The notes under the pieces are model-generated. The model saw nothing but the letters and a program-made list of their open reading frames with translations, made no database searches and had not been told where the DNA came from. 64,000 bases of DNA, from the NCBI GenBank assembly GCA_002633005.1, contig NMRA01000004.1, positions 1,431,077 through 1,495,076 on the forward strand. The letters are read 5' to 3'. Source of the DNA: Phoronis australis (lineage: Eukaryota; Animalia; Phoronida). Shown here piece by piece: positions 25,402 through 38,900 of this stretch. A program made the position numbers and the translations under genes. Positions within the stretch are counted from its first letter, which is position 1. Each line of letters begins with the position of its first letter.

Positions 25402-28400
25402 TATCACAAACGAGTAACAAAACCCAAAGAACGTGGTTAGGACGAAGGCAACTTTACCTGCTCACAACAGGTGAGATCACAAACCGCGGCTGCGTGTGGC
25501 CCTGTGAGAACAAAAAACATAATTTGTTCTTGGGTTTTTAGTGGTTTTGAAAACTTATACGGTGGCGCGGTATTTTTTTCAGTCTCCTACTTTCACAAGA
25601 AAAACACCTGCAGCGTCCAAAGGTGATGCATTTTTCACTTTATTCAATTCAAGCCAGCTACAAATCAAAAGCTGCAGCTACACTATTCCCTTTGGTCGTG
25701 GCTGTGTCGAAGGGGGGCGCTCGTGTCGACTGGGGTGCAGTTCTTTTGGCCACTGCAAAACGCCTTTCGACATAATAGGGGGAGGACACGACATCTAAAA
25801 TTAAGCCCATTTTTGAATACCCTCAATACCACCTCATATTCCGCTAGGTGCTTGACAAAAATCAGTTACCCTCACCACGGAAACCTACTTGCTCTATCAC
25901 AAAACTCGGATCACAAACCTCAGTTAGTTCGAGCACAAAGCAAGCACTCTAAATTACAGGTAGACTATCTCTGTTTTTATAAACAAGATTCCTATCGGCA
26001 ATGAACGCCTTCTAGAAGAGTGCGAGGGCCGGGGTATCGTGAAAAACACGTATTTCCAAGTAATGAGGTACGACAATTTAACGACTGTCTCATGACGTCC
26101 AGCAAATTGTCCTGCTAAACAGTTGGCAATTTGCCAATATCATGAATTTGTACTTTATCAAAATATCAGTGTGCAGGGCGTAGACATATTTATACATTCC
26201 GTGATTATTTCACTCAAATACTATTTCACGTTAAGTTCAAAAGTCGCGACATTTGATTTCTTGGTATTTTGGTGAAACAATGGTGTACGAAATTCTTCAA
26301 ATCAGATTTTGTAAAAAGAAAAACAAGGGCACCAATTTTTCGTAAACATAGAAAGAAGTGCACCAAAACATAGAATCCGGAGTAGAAACCAGAAATCGCT
26401 GCCAACTAGGTGAGGAATTTCTCTCCTCAAATGTAAACAACCACTCGTGTCAAAGTGGCCAAATTCATTTTAGTTGCCACTCATCCCCGTCTCTGGATGA
26501 ATGAACTTTTAAAGCAAATAAAATTTCATTTGGCTGTGAATTTTGTGCAAACGGATAAACCAAATAAATGCCTTTGCAACAGTTTCTTTCAAACATATCT
26601 AAGAATGACGATTTAAACACACCTTCTCCATTACATCCACCAATTTAGAACACAGCATGACTTTCGTCAGTCGGAAGATATCACTAAAATATAAATATTT
26701 CGTAACTTTCAGCTCTGTTTGTGTTTGCTTTATTTCACGATTATTTTTCAAAGTTTCTTAAAAAGTAGACGGGATTTCCGTGGAAACCTCATTGCATTTG
26801 GCGGCAGTTGAGCGAGTACCCATGATGGAAATCAGTCGTCACTCACTGCGGCGGCCATTTTAGGTGGTGGTGCACCACAAAAAACAAAATTAAACTAAAA
26901 ATGCGTATTAAATTCAATTTGAAAATATTTAGAATTGTGTTGAACGACCATTATTTGGGCTTCAGATTCGTTTGAACTAGCTTGCGTTAAAATCCGTTTT
27001 ATGAGAATTTAAAAGAAAATAAAGCGAAAAGAGTATCTTTTTAAAATGCAATTCCCAGAATTGGAAAACATATCATGCTTTGAAAAAATGAACTTCCACA
27101 CAGTACATATACGGAAACGACATTACTCACTATGAACTTGAGAATGACCTCAAGGTCAACATATTCGACTGGCATTAGTAACTTTCCGTAAACACATTAT
27201 AAAATATGAGCAAACTATGAAAAGTGGTTCTTGGGATATCGCGCTAACACTTTCCAAGTCAAGGTATGTAATATTTATCATGAAATTGATGTAAAAGTAC
27301 GTGAAGGTTTCAGTGAATTTAATACCCCATCGGTAATGCTATAACACTTTGACGATGGGAGCGGATCCAGAGAACGACGTCCAGAGTTGTCAGGACTCCC
27401 AGCTCGACATCTTTTGTATTGCTGCGATGGAGAAATGCAATGCGCCGTCTATGTTTGTACCAGGTCACTATCCATGATCCTGGTTCCGCATCGCGTAACT
27501 GTAAACCAAATGTTCAGAACAGGCTCTTATAATTACACATATCAGATACAGCGCAGGCGTCTATACCCTGGAAGCTTATCTGAAAAAATAGCATAGTTGA
27601 ACAATAACCCGTTCGCCCATTCACCCCCACTAGGTAACATTTCGCCTGTACTCTTATGCAAATGGAATGTCACGTTTTAGTACCCAAACCATAAAAAATG
27701 TGGTTAGGCGAGATCTGGCGAGACTTCGTGTCGTGACCGAGACGCAACATATTATAAATAGTACAGCATCCTGGATTTCGTGGCCAAAAATTCATAAAAT
27801 TAAATGTTGATGGAAGTGTTGAAAAAATCGCTACACTTCCAAAAATTTAAGAGAAGTGGGCAATTATATCCCCCGTGCGTCGCCGTAGTGGTGACCAGAA
27901 CTGCTTTCCGTAGAGCACAATTCTTGCAAGAAAAGCGAGATCACGGAAAACCACGCAAAATGACGCGAGTAAGCTGACCATACTCACCTACTAGGAAATG
28001 AACACCACTGGAATAACGTGGGCGAATGTTGAATGAATCTGGGGAAAGAATTCACTATTCCCGTCCCATATAAGCGAACATTTCTCGCCGCGAGTGTCTT
28101 GCGTTTAGGGAACGCAGACATGTTCTTGCAGAAGACCCGTACGCTCTTACAAAATCACCACACCGCGCGTGCAAGAGTCACGATCGCGAGACGGGTGCGT
28201 TCTTGTTTAATTGTACCGAGAAAAGCGAAATCAGACAGACCACGTAAAAACTGACAAGTATTTTGGGAGTATTCTAGAGACCTTACTACCGTAACCTAGA
28301 AAAATGGCGACCACTGAAGATTGGTCAGCCGGTTGAAATGTTGAATTATGCGATAGAATTCATGAATCATGGGAGTAGATCCAGTGTTTTCAGTCCATAA

Positions 28401-31400
28401 GCGAAAATTTCTCGCCACAAACAGATGGTTTATGCCTTGGACTTACGAAACGTCATTGACTGATATAACTTTCTCACGACTGCTTTCCCACGAAGCGGAT
28501 TACTTTTTTACAAAATTCCGCACCAAAGGGTTCATCAGTAACTTCGTAAGGTCGAAAGTATACAAACGGTTGCTCTTTCCAAATACCAAATCTTCAGCAT
28601 TTTTACTACTGTCTACAAGTGGGCTTACATATCCAACTTTTTGCATATATAATCACGATAAAATGGTATCACTTCTTGTAATGTTCCAGGCTTTTATGTC
28701 CAGAAATCCTTAAGAAACATGGAACATGCCCAACCGTGGTGTTTCTAAACAAAACCCGACCAAAGAGTGACTTTTCATGGATACTCCGTTCGTATGGGTT
28801 CTTTTTCATGTGTACTCTCCAAATGGATGGGTATCTTTATTTTCAAGCTGCACCCTCGAACAGCCAAAAATACAGCCGAGTGCCCCCCGGGACCAAACTG
28901 ATGTAGCGAACTACATTATGGGAAGATTTTAGGCCTACTGCTTCATATGAGCAAGATAATACGTCTTAGCATTGGTTGGTGTAGGACACGCATTTTCCCA
29001 GTTTCGCAGCAAGTGAAACCTAAAACCTTAACCCAACTAAATTTTCAATCGCCAAACCAATACATTTAGGAAACGATCATAAGTTACATTTACTAGTCAT
29101 TAAAATCCTGGCGGAAATTTGGAACTCACCAAAGGTCAAAGTACAACTGACACGCCCTGGCATTTGGGCTTGAGTTTTGGTCACAAAAACAGGTGTTGAT
29201 GCACTTCATCAGACTTGGTCTACTGACTTGAATATTTTCACGTTTTTAATCATTTTTGTTATGTTTTTTTTCATTTTGACCTTTCTTTTTTAGCTTTGTC
29301 TGCATGGAGACAAGATCAAACAAAATAGCCTTTTTTCACATTTCCTCGAAAAAGTAACAAATTGTGTCCTCGTCCTAGAAATTTTTGGAATACCTGATTA
29401 ACATACAGTACCATACTCAGACTAAACATTGCCACAAAAATTACAATAAAAGATGACAATAATATTTTTTAAATTATTTTCATAGAATGTTCTTAGCAAA
29501 CCATAACCAGTTCACTTGAAGTGATTCAAATTAAGTAATTTTGACACAAAGGTCATACTTAGAGGAACATTAAACCTATATTAATTGTTTATTCAAAGAA
29601 CAAAATGCCCTGTAACACCCCACTGTTGTTCAGAATGTCCAAGCCAACTTTGGCATCTTGATAAACAAGCTGGGGAACGGAGGAAATGGGACTAAATGTT
29701 CTTTCACACCCGGTTACTTCTTAACAAAATTTTCCAAAAATGGACAAATAACCAGCGAGAACCCAAGAACAATGTGGGGCATTTGTGTTCTCAGCCTGAT
29801 TTCGAAAACGAGAAAAAAATCAGCAAGAACTGACTAAGGGTTGTGGAAACTAGGTGAGAACTGTAAATCTCAAGCCAGTCGCACCAACATGTTATGGCAG
29901 GTGCAGACATTCTGAGAACAGATTTGGTGCGGCAGGGCCTTTTAAAATGAGTTTGATGTCATCTAAGACATTCGGTTGCATTGTCTTGTTACTCCACCTT
30001 TCGCCAAACAAGGATATGTACCAGAAATTCAAATACATGTGCATCGCAGCCACCAAATTAAAATTGAGGCTAAACAATGACTCCGTCCATGAACTGACTC
30101 CATCCAATTTAAAGGTGGCTTTGGTGTTGGACAATTACATTTTATGGCAACCTCCTGAGATTAGGTCTGGAGCAAAACCAAAACCGAATTGTCAGTTTTC
30201 CACAATACCAGAAATCCCTTCCAATCTCAGTAAGGAACAAGTAGAGGTCAGTTTTATCAGGGTTACTGGTCTGAATCAAAGTAAACGGGGATTTATGGTA
30301 GCTTTAAAACTTTGCAATAAAATAAACCTCTTCAGCAAAGCCAGCCCTAAGAAAATTTCAAGTACCTTACAGAACTGCCATGTAAAACTGACAATGAATT
30401 CCCAGTGAGATAATAGTTGCATGAATAGACTTTTTATAGCTAATAAGTTGACAACAAACAACTACCTGTAGATATTTTCCTCTATCATTAGCTAAAAACA
30501 TTTCCTCTTCAGCAATTCATGCAAATCATCAATATCACCATCTTAGTTGTAATTAGAACGAAACCAAACTTTATTGTTTGAAACCAATTTTATTGCAAAT
30601 GACATAATTTGAGAGTTGGCCAACAGGTGAACCGAAAAAACAAATTCATAAATGAGGATGCTGTACAAAAAGCAGTAGCTTCACAAAAAGTTAGCAAAAT
30701 ATCTCCTCGTTGAAAATCATTGAAATTTCGAAGCAAAAACGTTGGGCTAAATTTCACGTGATTTACCCTTATGGTAATTCTTCAAACAAGGCACAATATG
30801 GCTGCCGATTGAAATTTTATTTTATCAAATTTCTGCATAGAAATAAGGATTTTTAAAAACTTTTTTAGTCGGTCACTAAGCATGGATGGTATTGTCACAA
30901 CACAACATTTGGTAATTAAAAGTTCCCATAATTTGCAGCGACATAATCAGCCTTTGAAAAATGGAAAAATGTTAATTTTTAGAAATTATTTTTGTGTAAA
31001 ATTATTTGAGAATTAGAGTGCTTGTCATCTGGTTTACTTTTGGCTTTTTGCCATAACTTCGACCAAGCCTGATGATTTCCAACGAAATTTGCCAACTTTT
31101 TTGAACACAAGTTATAAATATACACAAGACTTACAAGCCTTCTTACTAATGATTGCTACTTAAATTTACCCTGTGTTCAGGCCTGCATTTGATGTAGCAC
31201 ATAGCGCAGTGTCTCTTCACAGTTTTCCACCTCATAGCGAAGATAATGCAGCTAAACTTCTATAAATCAGCGATTTTAAAATATTCTCAGCAGTCACTCA
31301 TTCATAAGCATTCAATCCCTTCATGATTGGCCATTAGTGGGGAATGAACCATTTTGATATTTCGTCTAGCAAAATTGCGGATTCCTGGTTACCTTGGAGA

Positions 31401-32130
31401 TGTATTTTCCTGTGTTACTTACTGCTCTCTTTTAAAAAATAACAAAATAAAGCTGCAGGCTTACGCCACATTGTGCGGTAAATATGTAACATTCATACCA
31501 TCAGCACATGTGCCGATAATCAGACTTATCAGACATTCACAAGGAAATTCAAGTAATCATAGCCAAGAGAAATGTGAAAAACTACAATGAAAAACAAATA
31601 TCTGGTCTTCAGTTGTACTTAAAGGTGTACACAAACACGTGTCAAGAATCTAATTCAACCCAGAATAACTTTATCAGTGATTACACATTGAGAGCTGTAC
31701 TACCATCCTTGTCTTTCTCTGGGCGCTGTTCTAAAAGCTTTAACCCAGGTTATAATTGCCTTGTTACCAGAGGTCACTGATATCTGACACCAGTCTATTT
31801 TGTTAAACTCAAAGGTCTTGTCCCTCGTACAGCTCACTCAAACAAGTGTTTACTGCAGAGGACCCACAAAGTAATATTACTGCAGGCAAGTATTAAGTGC
31901 CCAGCGAAGGCATTCTCACAAGTGTATGGTAGGACGTGCGGTGAAATTGCATCTCTGCTAAGCAAAAATCCCTGAGCAAGGGTGGGTGCATATTTTATAA
32001 AAAACAACCTTATACTAGGTTACCTTATCTGCCAAGAAAAACAATGATTGAATTCAAAAGGTCAATGAAAAAAGAACCATGGCAATGCCTGCTTTTGGAA
32101 ATGACAGCAGGTACCCACATTTTCAGAAAA

Positions 32131-32205
32131 AACGTTTACAACAAGGTATAGTGAAGACATGTCAAACGTTTACAACAAGGTATAGTGAAGACATGTCAAA
32201 CGTTT
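32131..32205. repeat. 34-bp tandem duplication in the probable DHX29 3' UTR
   Basis: AAACGTTTACAACAAGGTATAGTGAAGACATGTC occurs twice. Confidence 0.85.
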
Positions 32206-32454
32206 GTGGGCACAGTTATTTTCATCAAAAGCACGTCAAAAACACCTGGTACTTCCTCATATATAGCTTGGCTGATAACAGACAATATAGACAACAGTCA
32301 TTATAGACAATTGCTTACAAATTTAGCTTCTAGCAAATGGTAGAAGTTAAAGGTACTGTTTCACAAATGGCTAGTCCATCCACAACATTGTATCTCCTTC
32401 TTCAATGTTTTTCAAGGTGATTTACAACCATTTGTCTGACTGAGTGTTTCCCAA

Positions 32455-32507
32455 TTAACTACATTCTTCACTGACTAGCTTAATGATGGCTTTCACAATG
32501 GGATCAT
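32455..32507 (-). CDS. DHX29: DHX29 last coding exon ([17 protein letters not shown])
   Basis: Acceptor ttctttacag, phase 1. Gives the expected short C-terminal helix and TAA. The preceding intron is 4.8 kb. Confidence 0.85.
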
Positions 32508-32645
32508 CTGTAAAGAAAATACAAACTGTAATTTTGTGATTGCATTTCAAATAACCAATAATGTTTCCTCATTCTAACCTTCAGTAATCCATCACAGACA
32601 CAATGTAAAGCAGGTAGGCACACAGACAGAAAAACATAGTCAGGC

Positions 32646-32698
<53 letters not shown>

Positions 32699-32912
32699 CA
32701 TACACACACAAGCAGGAGACAGACAGCAAAAAGGAGACAAACAGTCAGACAGACAGACAGACAAGCAGGCAGACACTCAGAAGGAAACAGAATGGGAGAG
32801 AGATGGACAGACAGTCAGAAAGACAGAGAGGCACACAGAGTGTCAAACCCTGTAAGACAGACAGACAATCACAGACGGATAAACATAATGACAGACAGAC
32901 AGACAGACAGAC

Positions 32913-32990
<78 letters not shown>

Positions 32991-35900
32991 TGATGAATTG
33001 GATAACGGACACACAGACTGACTGACAGACTAAAAGATGAACAGAGCAGTGATAATGAAAACACCTCAAACCCTACTTTTCTTCGTTGAAGACACAAAAT
33101 GTAAATCAATATATTCTCACCACGATAAAAATTTACTGAGTATAATAAATAATACAAAAAATTATTTGGTAATAATATACAGATCATCAGTACAATTTGA
33201 AATGCATTATCTTGGAATGCAAGTCAGCTGTAAAATAATCCAGGGTATGTAATGACTATAAACTATGCTTATGGTAAATTTTTTTCAAATTACAACACAA
33301 TATGGCGGAACACTGAAATTTTATTTCGTCAAAATTTTCGACAAGAGTAAACGATAAGACAATTTTACTTGAAAATTTTATACAGTACAGGTACCATCTG
33401 CCATCAAGTATATAAAAATCTGGATATTTCTGGCGACACACTGAGCATGTGAAAAATGCAAAATTTACAATTTTGTCCATTATTTGAATTTGAATTTAAG
33501 GAAACTTTACCGTATTCACCGCAACTCAATGGAATTTTTACAACTACAGACTAAGGCGTGACAGGCAGATTTGGTGTCCAGGTTCCTGCTAAGTTGCCAT
33601 AAATTGAACAATATTTATAATCAGCATAATGTCAATGACAAGCGGTAGACTACACAAACAATGGAAAAAACCCGTACTGACATGTTTGTGAGAAAAAGAT
33701 CCACCCACACAAGAGTCACTGAAGGAATGAGTTACTGTATAGCACACAAATGGAAATCATGGTATGACTTAAGTGATGAAACTAGTGGCGACTGCTAAAA
33801 ATACACAAAAATTTAGTCAAATACTGGAACTTGCTTACTTGAGTAAGCGACGTTGCGTTTGTCTCTCATAGACTGCAGCTTGGCTAGTGGTGTTATTATC
33901 ATTCTGGCCAATAGGTGGCATTATAACCAGCCGACACGGCATCAAGGTCGGGACACTATCCCATAAGTGTGACAGATGGAACCTTAACCCACCTTGTGTA
34001 TTCAGAGAGGGGCTCTCGATACGTTCGCGTAGAACTTCTTTGACACCCCTTCTGAACCAATCCTCCTCACAGTACACTCATGGATGGTGAAATTATAATT
34101 TATTAAAATTGTGTGATAAAAAAATAGCTGAGTCATATGCGTCCCCATAAATAGGATGAGGATGTTATGACATATGCATTTCTAAGGACTGTTTGGTTTC
34201 AGTATGTAGGTGTTTGAGCACTGGGGATCCTTACACTGAAAACCATAGACTACACATGATTTATTACCCTTGGGAGTCTTGTCTTTGGCTTTGGGGGGAA
34301 GTAAACGGCTTGTGAATGGTAGAAATGAAACATTGTTTAAATGTCCTCTTGAAGTGGTCAGACAGTCCCTGGACATAAGGTATCAACACACAATTAGGGG
34401 AATTCGCAATGGTGGTTGCCTGAGTGATGGCTGTCCTTAACATGACCAACGTGGAGAGTTGAAATGCGCCCACGATAGCACCGCAAACCGTATACTTCTA
34501 TGGGTGTCTTTAGCAACATAAAAATGGCCATTAGATGGGGCAGAATGGGTCAAACCCATCCGACTTGAGAAGGTGGCATTGTCTCAGTAAAACTCATCAT
34601 CTGGTGCCATCTCTATAGAAGCCCATCTGCCAAATTTCGCAAAGATCCTTCAAAGGGTTAAGGTGATACCGCCGTAGATGCAAAAAAGCAAAATTGCCCC
34701 TAAGGGACACCACAATAGTCAAAAACACCCGAAAATCAACATCAGCCAGGGTCTTCGCATCAGAAATACAACTGTCAATTTTTGTAAAGGTCCTTTGAAT
34801 GGTTTGACAGATAGATAGGCAGAAGTCAAAAACATATGCAAATGGTCACCAGGTGGCACGGAAAACATCAAATCTGCCCAAAAATGGAATGGCGTTGTCC
34901 TCACCTTAATAGAAACCTATTTGATGAATTTCATGGAAATACATTCATGATCTGCAAAGATACAGACTGACGTAAACGGAAAAAATATTTCGCCAGTAGG
35001 GGGCACAGTGGTATTTGGATTAGTTCAACATTTAGTTACCGTTGGTCGTTGGCTCCATAGGAACACATCTTTCAAATGTCATAAAGCTCCCTCAAAGGGT
35101 TAAGGAGATCCGGCCCAGTGCAAAAAAAGACAAAATCACCACTAAGGGGCCACATAGTAGTCGGACCCGTCCGAGAGTCAACTTCTCATCAGGAACACAT
35201 CTGCAAAATATTCTTATTAAATGATCCTTTAAGCGGTATTGCAGATAGAGGAGTTGACGCCAGAAGAAAGACACAAAAATTACAAAAATGGCCACCAGGT
35301 GGAGCAGAAAACATCAGATCTATCTGAAAATGTGAAGGCGTTGTTGTCTCTTTAATAGAAACCTATTTACCGAATCTCATGAAACTACATTACTGAAATC
35401 CAAAGATACAGAGGCAATATAAATATAAAAAACATTTTACTATTAGGGAGCGCAGTTGTATCTGGACCAGTTCGACACTTGTAACCGTTTGTCGACGACT
35501 CCATAGGAATACATCTTTCAAACGTCACAAAACTCTTTCAAAGGTTTAAAGGATATTCGGCCACAGATGCAAAAGAACAAAATCGCCACTAGGGTAGGAC
35601 ACAGTAGTTGGGCCTGTCCGAAAGTCGACATCAATCCTGGCCTTCTCATCAGCAACACATCTAAATTTTTATAATGATCCTTTGAGCGGTATGGCAGATA
35701 GAAAGGCAGATGCTAGAAAACGGATGCAATTATAACAAAATGTCTACAAGGAGGCGTAAAATTTGTCAAATCTGTCCGAAAATGGAATGGTATTATTGCC
35801 TCCGTATGAAAACCATATTTGCCAAATTTCATGAAAATCTGCCAAGGAACTCTGAAGATACAAAGGCAAACGTAAAAAAATAAAATTGCCACTAAGGGGC

Positions 35901-38900
35901 GTAGCAGTATTCAGGGCGATCCGAAACTTGTCGTCACCTGTTGTCACCCACATCGGAACACACCTGCCAAATTTCAATAAGATCCTGCAAGGGGTTTAGG
36001 AGATACAGCCGCAGATGCCAGACGCCCAGACAGAGATGACGGCAATATGCGACCACATTATAAATATGCGGGCGCATAAAATGCAAATGTCACAACATCG
36101 TCGCCCTGGTTACGGGGATACATATGACTCGGCTATTTTTAGCCACCAAAGCATCACTGGACAGGATTTTAATGCTGATGATGTCACCATTTTTGACTGT
36201 GAGGAAGATTGGTTCAGAAGGTGTGTTAAAGAAGCACTCCACAAACGTATTGAGAGTCGCTCTCTGAATATGAATGAACAAGGTGGATTAAGATTTCATC
36301 TGTGACACTAATGGGATAGTAATCTGATCCCGATGCTGCGTCGATATTTTAAGTAAAAACTCAAAATTTCGAGTTCGGACTCGAACTCATAGCTTTAATG
36401 CTGTTATCATCAGGTGCAAACTATGATAACAATCACCCAATGTAAACTGTAACATACTTGAGCACAGAAACATTTGACACTTGTCTTGATTTTGCATTAA
36501 AGTAGAGTGGGTGGAAAATTTAAAAAATAACTTCGAGTTTGATTTCGAGTACGGAGATTAGACCCCTCTATAATTCTAGTCACTGGTGAGTGAAGGTAAG
36601 ATCAAATATTTAGAAAACTATTTCATTAACACATTGAAAACATAGCCACATTAAAAGCATACGTATATTAATGATGTGTAACACTCATATATTATATTAA
36701 GGCAGCAGTTTTAGGTAGAAGCCTCATGTTGGAGCTCTTAAGGTGACGTAACACCCTTATTATAAAAATGGCCAAATTTGGCTGATTTTCTAACATCAGG
36801 TGAAACTTTCAGATATTATGCTTTATGCCTTGTAATCAAAACAAACTTCTTAGGAATTGTTTTCACAAATGTTCCATTTTTGCATGAGGGCTATCAAAAA
36901 TAAGACTTACAATTTTCATGAAAAATCTTTTAATTCGAATAAAACGAAAACCAAATATTTCAGAAAACTGTATCTTTGCTATCTCACCTTGAACACTTAT
37001 ATGAAATAAAATTTGATCGGGTGTACCTTTCTTTGTTGCTAAATTTCCCTAAAAAGACGTGGTCCCATGACCCAATTCATGTGACATTGGTAAAAGATCA
37101 AAAATCAAATTCTACAGACTTTCCACTTCAAGAAAATGAGTGCTTTTACTGAGTTAAAATATACAGTTTTCTAGATAGTTTGGTAAACGCACAGGAATTG
37201 TTGATAAGGTCCTACATAACCACTAAAAATGTGTTATATCTAAAAAACTGTGTATTTACGTAAAGGTAAAGACAACAATGAGTAGACACAAGACTAACAC
37301 AACATTGTAATGTACAAAGAATATTGGAAAAGATTACCTACCTGTAATACATATTGAGGGGTTCTCCAGTTTGCTTTGTAATAGATCTCGAATCAGGACT
37401 CTCAACTCTTTAAATAGAACCCCTGTTTTGGCAAACGCCTAATAGGAAGAATAAAGTTATGCTCAATCCGTTATATTCAATTGGAAATGCTTTATGTACG
37501 TCGCTTTCAATGCATAATCATGTCTTCTGTAATGATCATTGTCTGTAATTTATGATTTCTGGAAATGACATGAAAAATATGTATTTCAAAATTAACTTGA
37601 GGGGATCATTTTATCAAAGATCATGTGGCAGATCGTACGAAAGAGGTGATTGCAAATGTGACGTGGCATGTTTTGATAACAATGAAACGTTGTGACTGAC
37701 ACAAATTGGACTACAGCCATATTCCTAAACCACTTTTAATACACTTTTGTATACGTCAAGAAAAAAATTAAGAAGCCTTATGCGCCCATCTCCACCACAA
37801 CACGACCTTTATTTAGAAACATCAGAAGCAAAGGTTTGTTAAAATAATTTTTCGTACAAATAACTTCACAAAAGATTGTAATGCCCACCATTTACGTTAA
37901 CGAGGGTTTAAATATTAAACAGATTTATAATGAAAAAAATTAATGGTAAAACAGGGTACAGGAGCTATCCGGATCAAACTCACCCTGAACTGAATCCAGC
38001 CATCAACAGATACGACCTTCTCCAGATGCTGAACATCAATTAATCCGCCAAACAACAGAAGAGGGTAGCCCGATATTAGCGTTGAGTCACGGATATAGAC
38101 ACGTGACAACTTGACCTACAAGTTTAGTACAGATATAGAGCACAGTATGGAGTCACAACAGAATAATGTAACTAGAGCTACTGCAGTGTCAATTTATTTA
38201 TTAATGACAGATCATAGATGATACTTATGTGTAAGATGACAATTTTCTTTATTAATGAAAATACTATTAAAGAGAACACTGGTTTCTGCCTATTCTGGGT
38301 TCCCAGAGTCTTCCAATAAGAGCGGGGTCTCTGTAAAGCATGAATCAGTAGAAGTGAGTGTTGTCTTCAATAGCACTTGCATTAAACAGTTCAAGTGCAA
38401 ATCAAATGTTTCACTGCTAAATGTACATATTGTTCATAGTTTTCCTGACTATTTATAGTGCTTTCATTTCTAAATTGAAATTAGATTGAAATTCATATTT
38501 TTTTCATTTTGAAATCACAGCGCTAGGATTATAGTATCAAAACTAATTGTTGACTCGGGTGCTCTACGCAGACTGGGTGAGTTTCAATCACCTATTTTTG
38601 GGAAAAAGAATTGACAAAACAGGGCTTGGTATGACAAATCACAAAAAAGAGGAAAAATTTCCAGGTAGTGTATCGCTCCATAAGGGCTGTTCCAGTAAAA
38701 TCTGTATGGGAGGGGGGGAAAGGCACCTTTTTTCGCACCCACCACCCATATTTTTCATTTATTTCTTCAGTCTACCACCCGTAATTTTTTATAAGTTTGA
38801 AATGCAACCACCCGTAATTTTTTTTTTGTTCTTGTGGTTGACTGCACAGGCGCTTGAATTTATCTGTTCCTCCATCACCACTAACGTCATTCATTACTAA

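Noticed and set aside
32504-33187. ORFs with SVCL/TDRQ repeats
   Set aside because: They are translations of the (GACA)n microsatellite.
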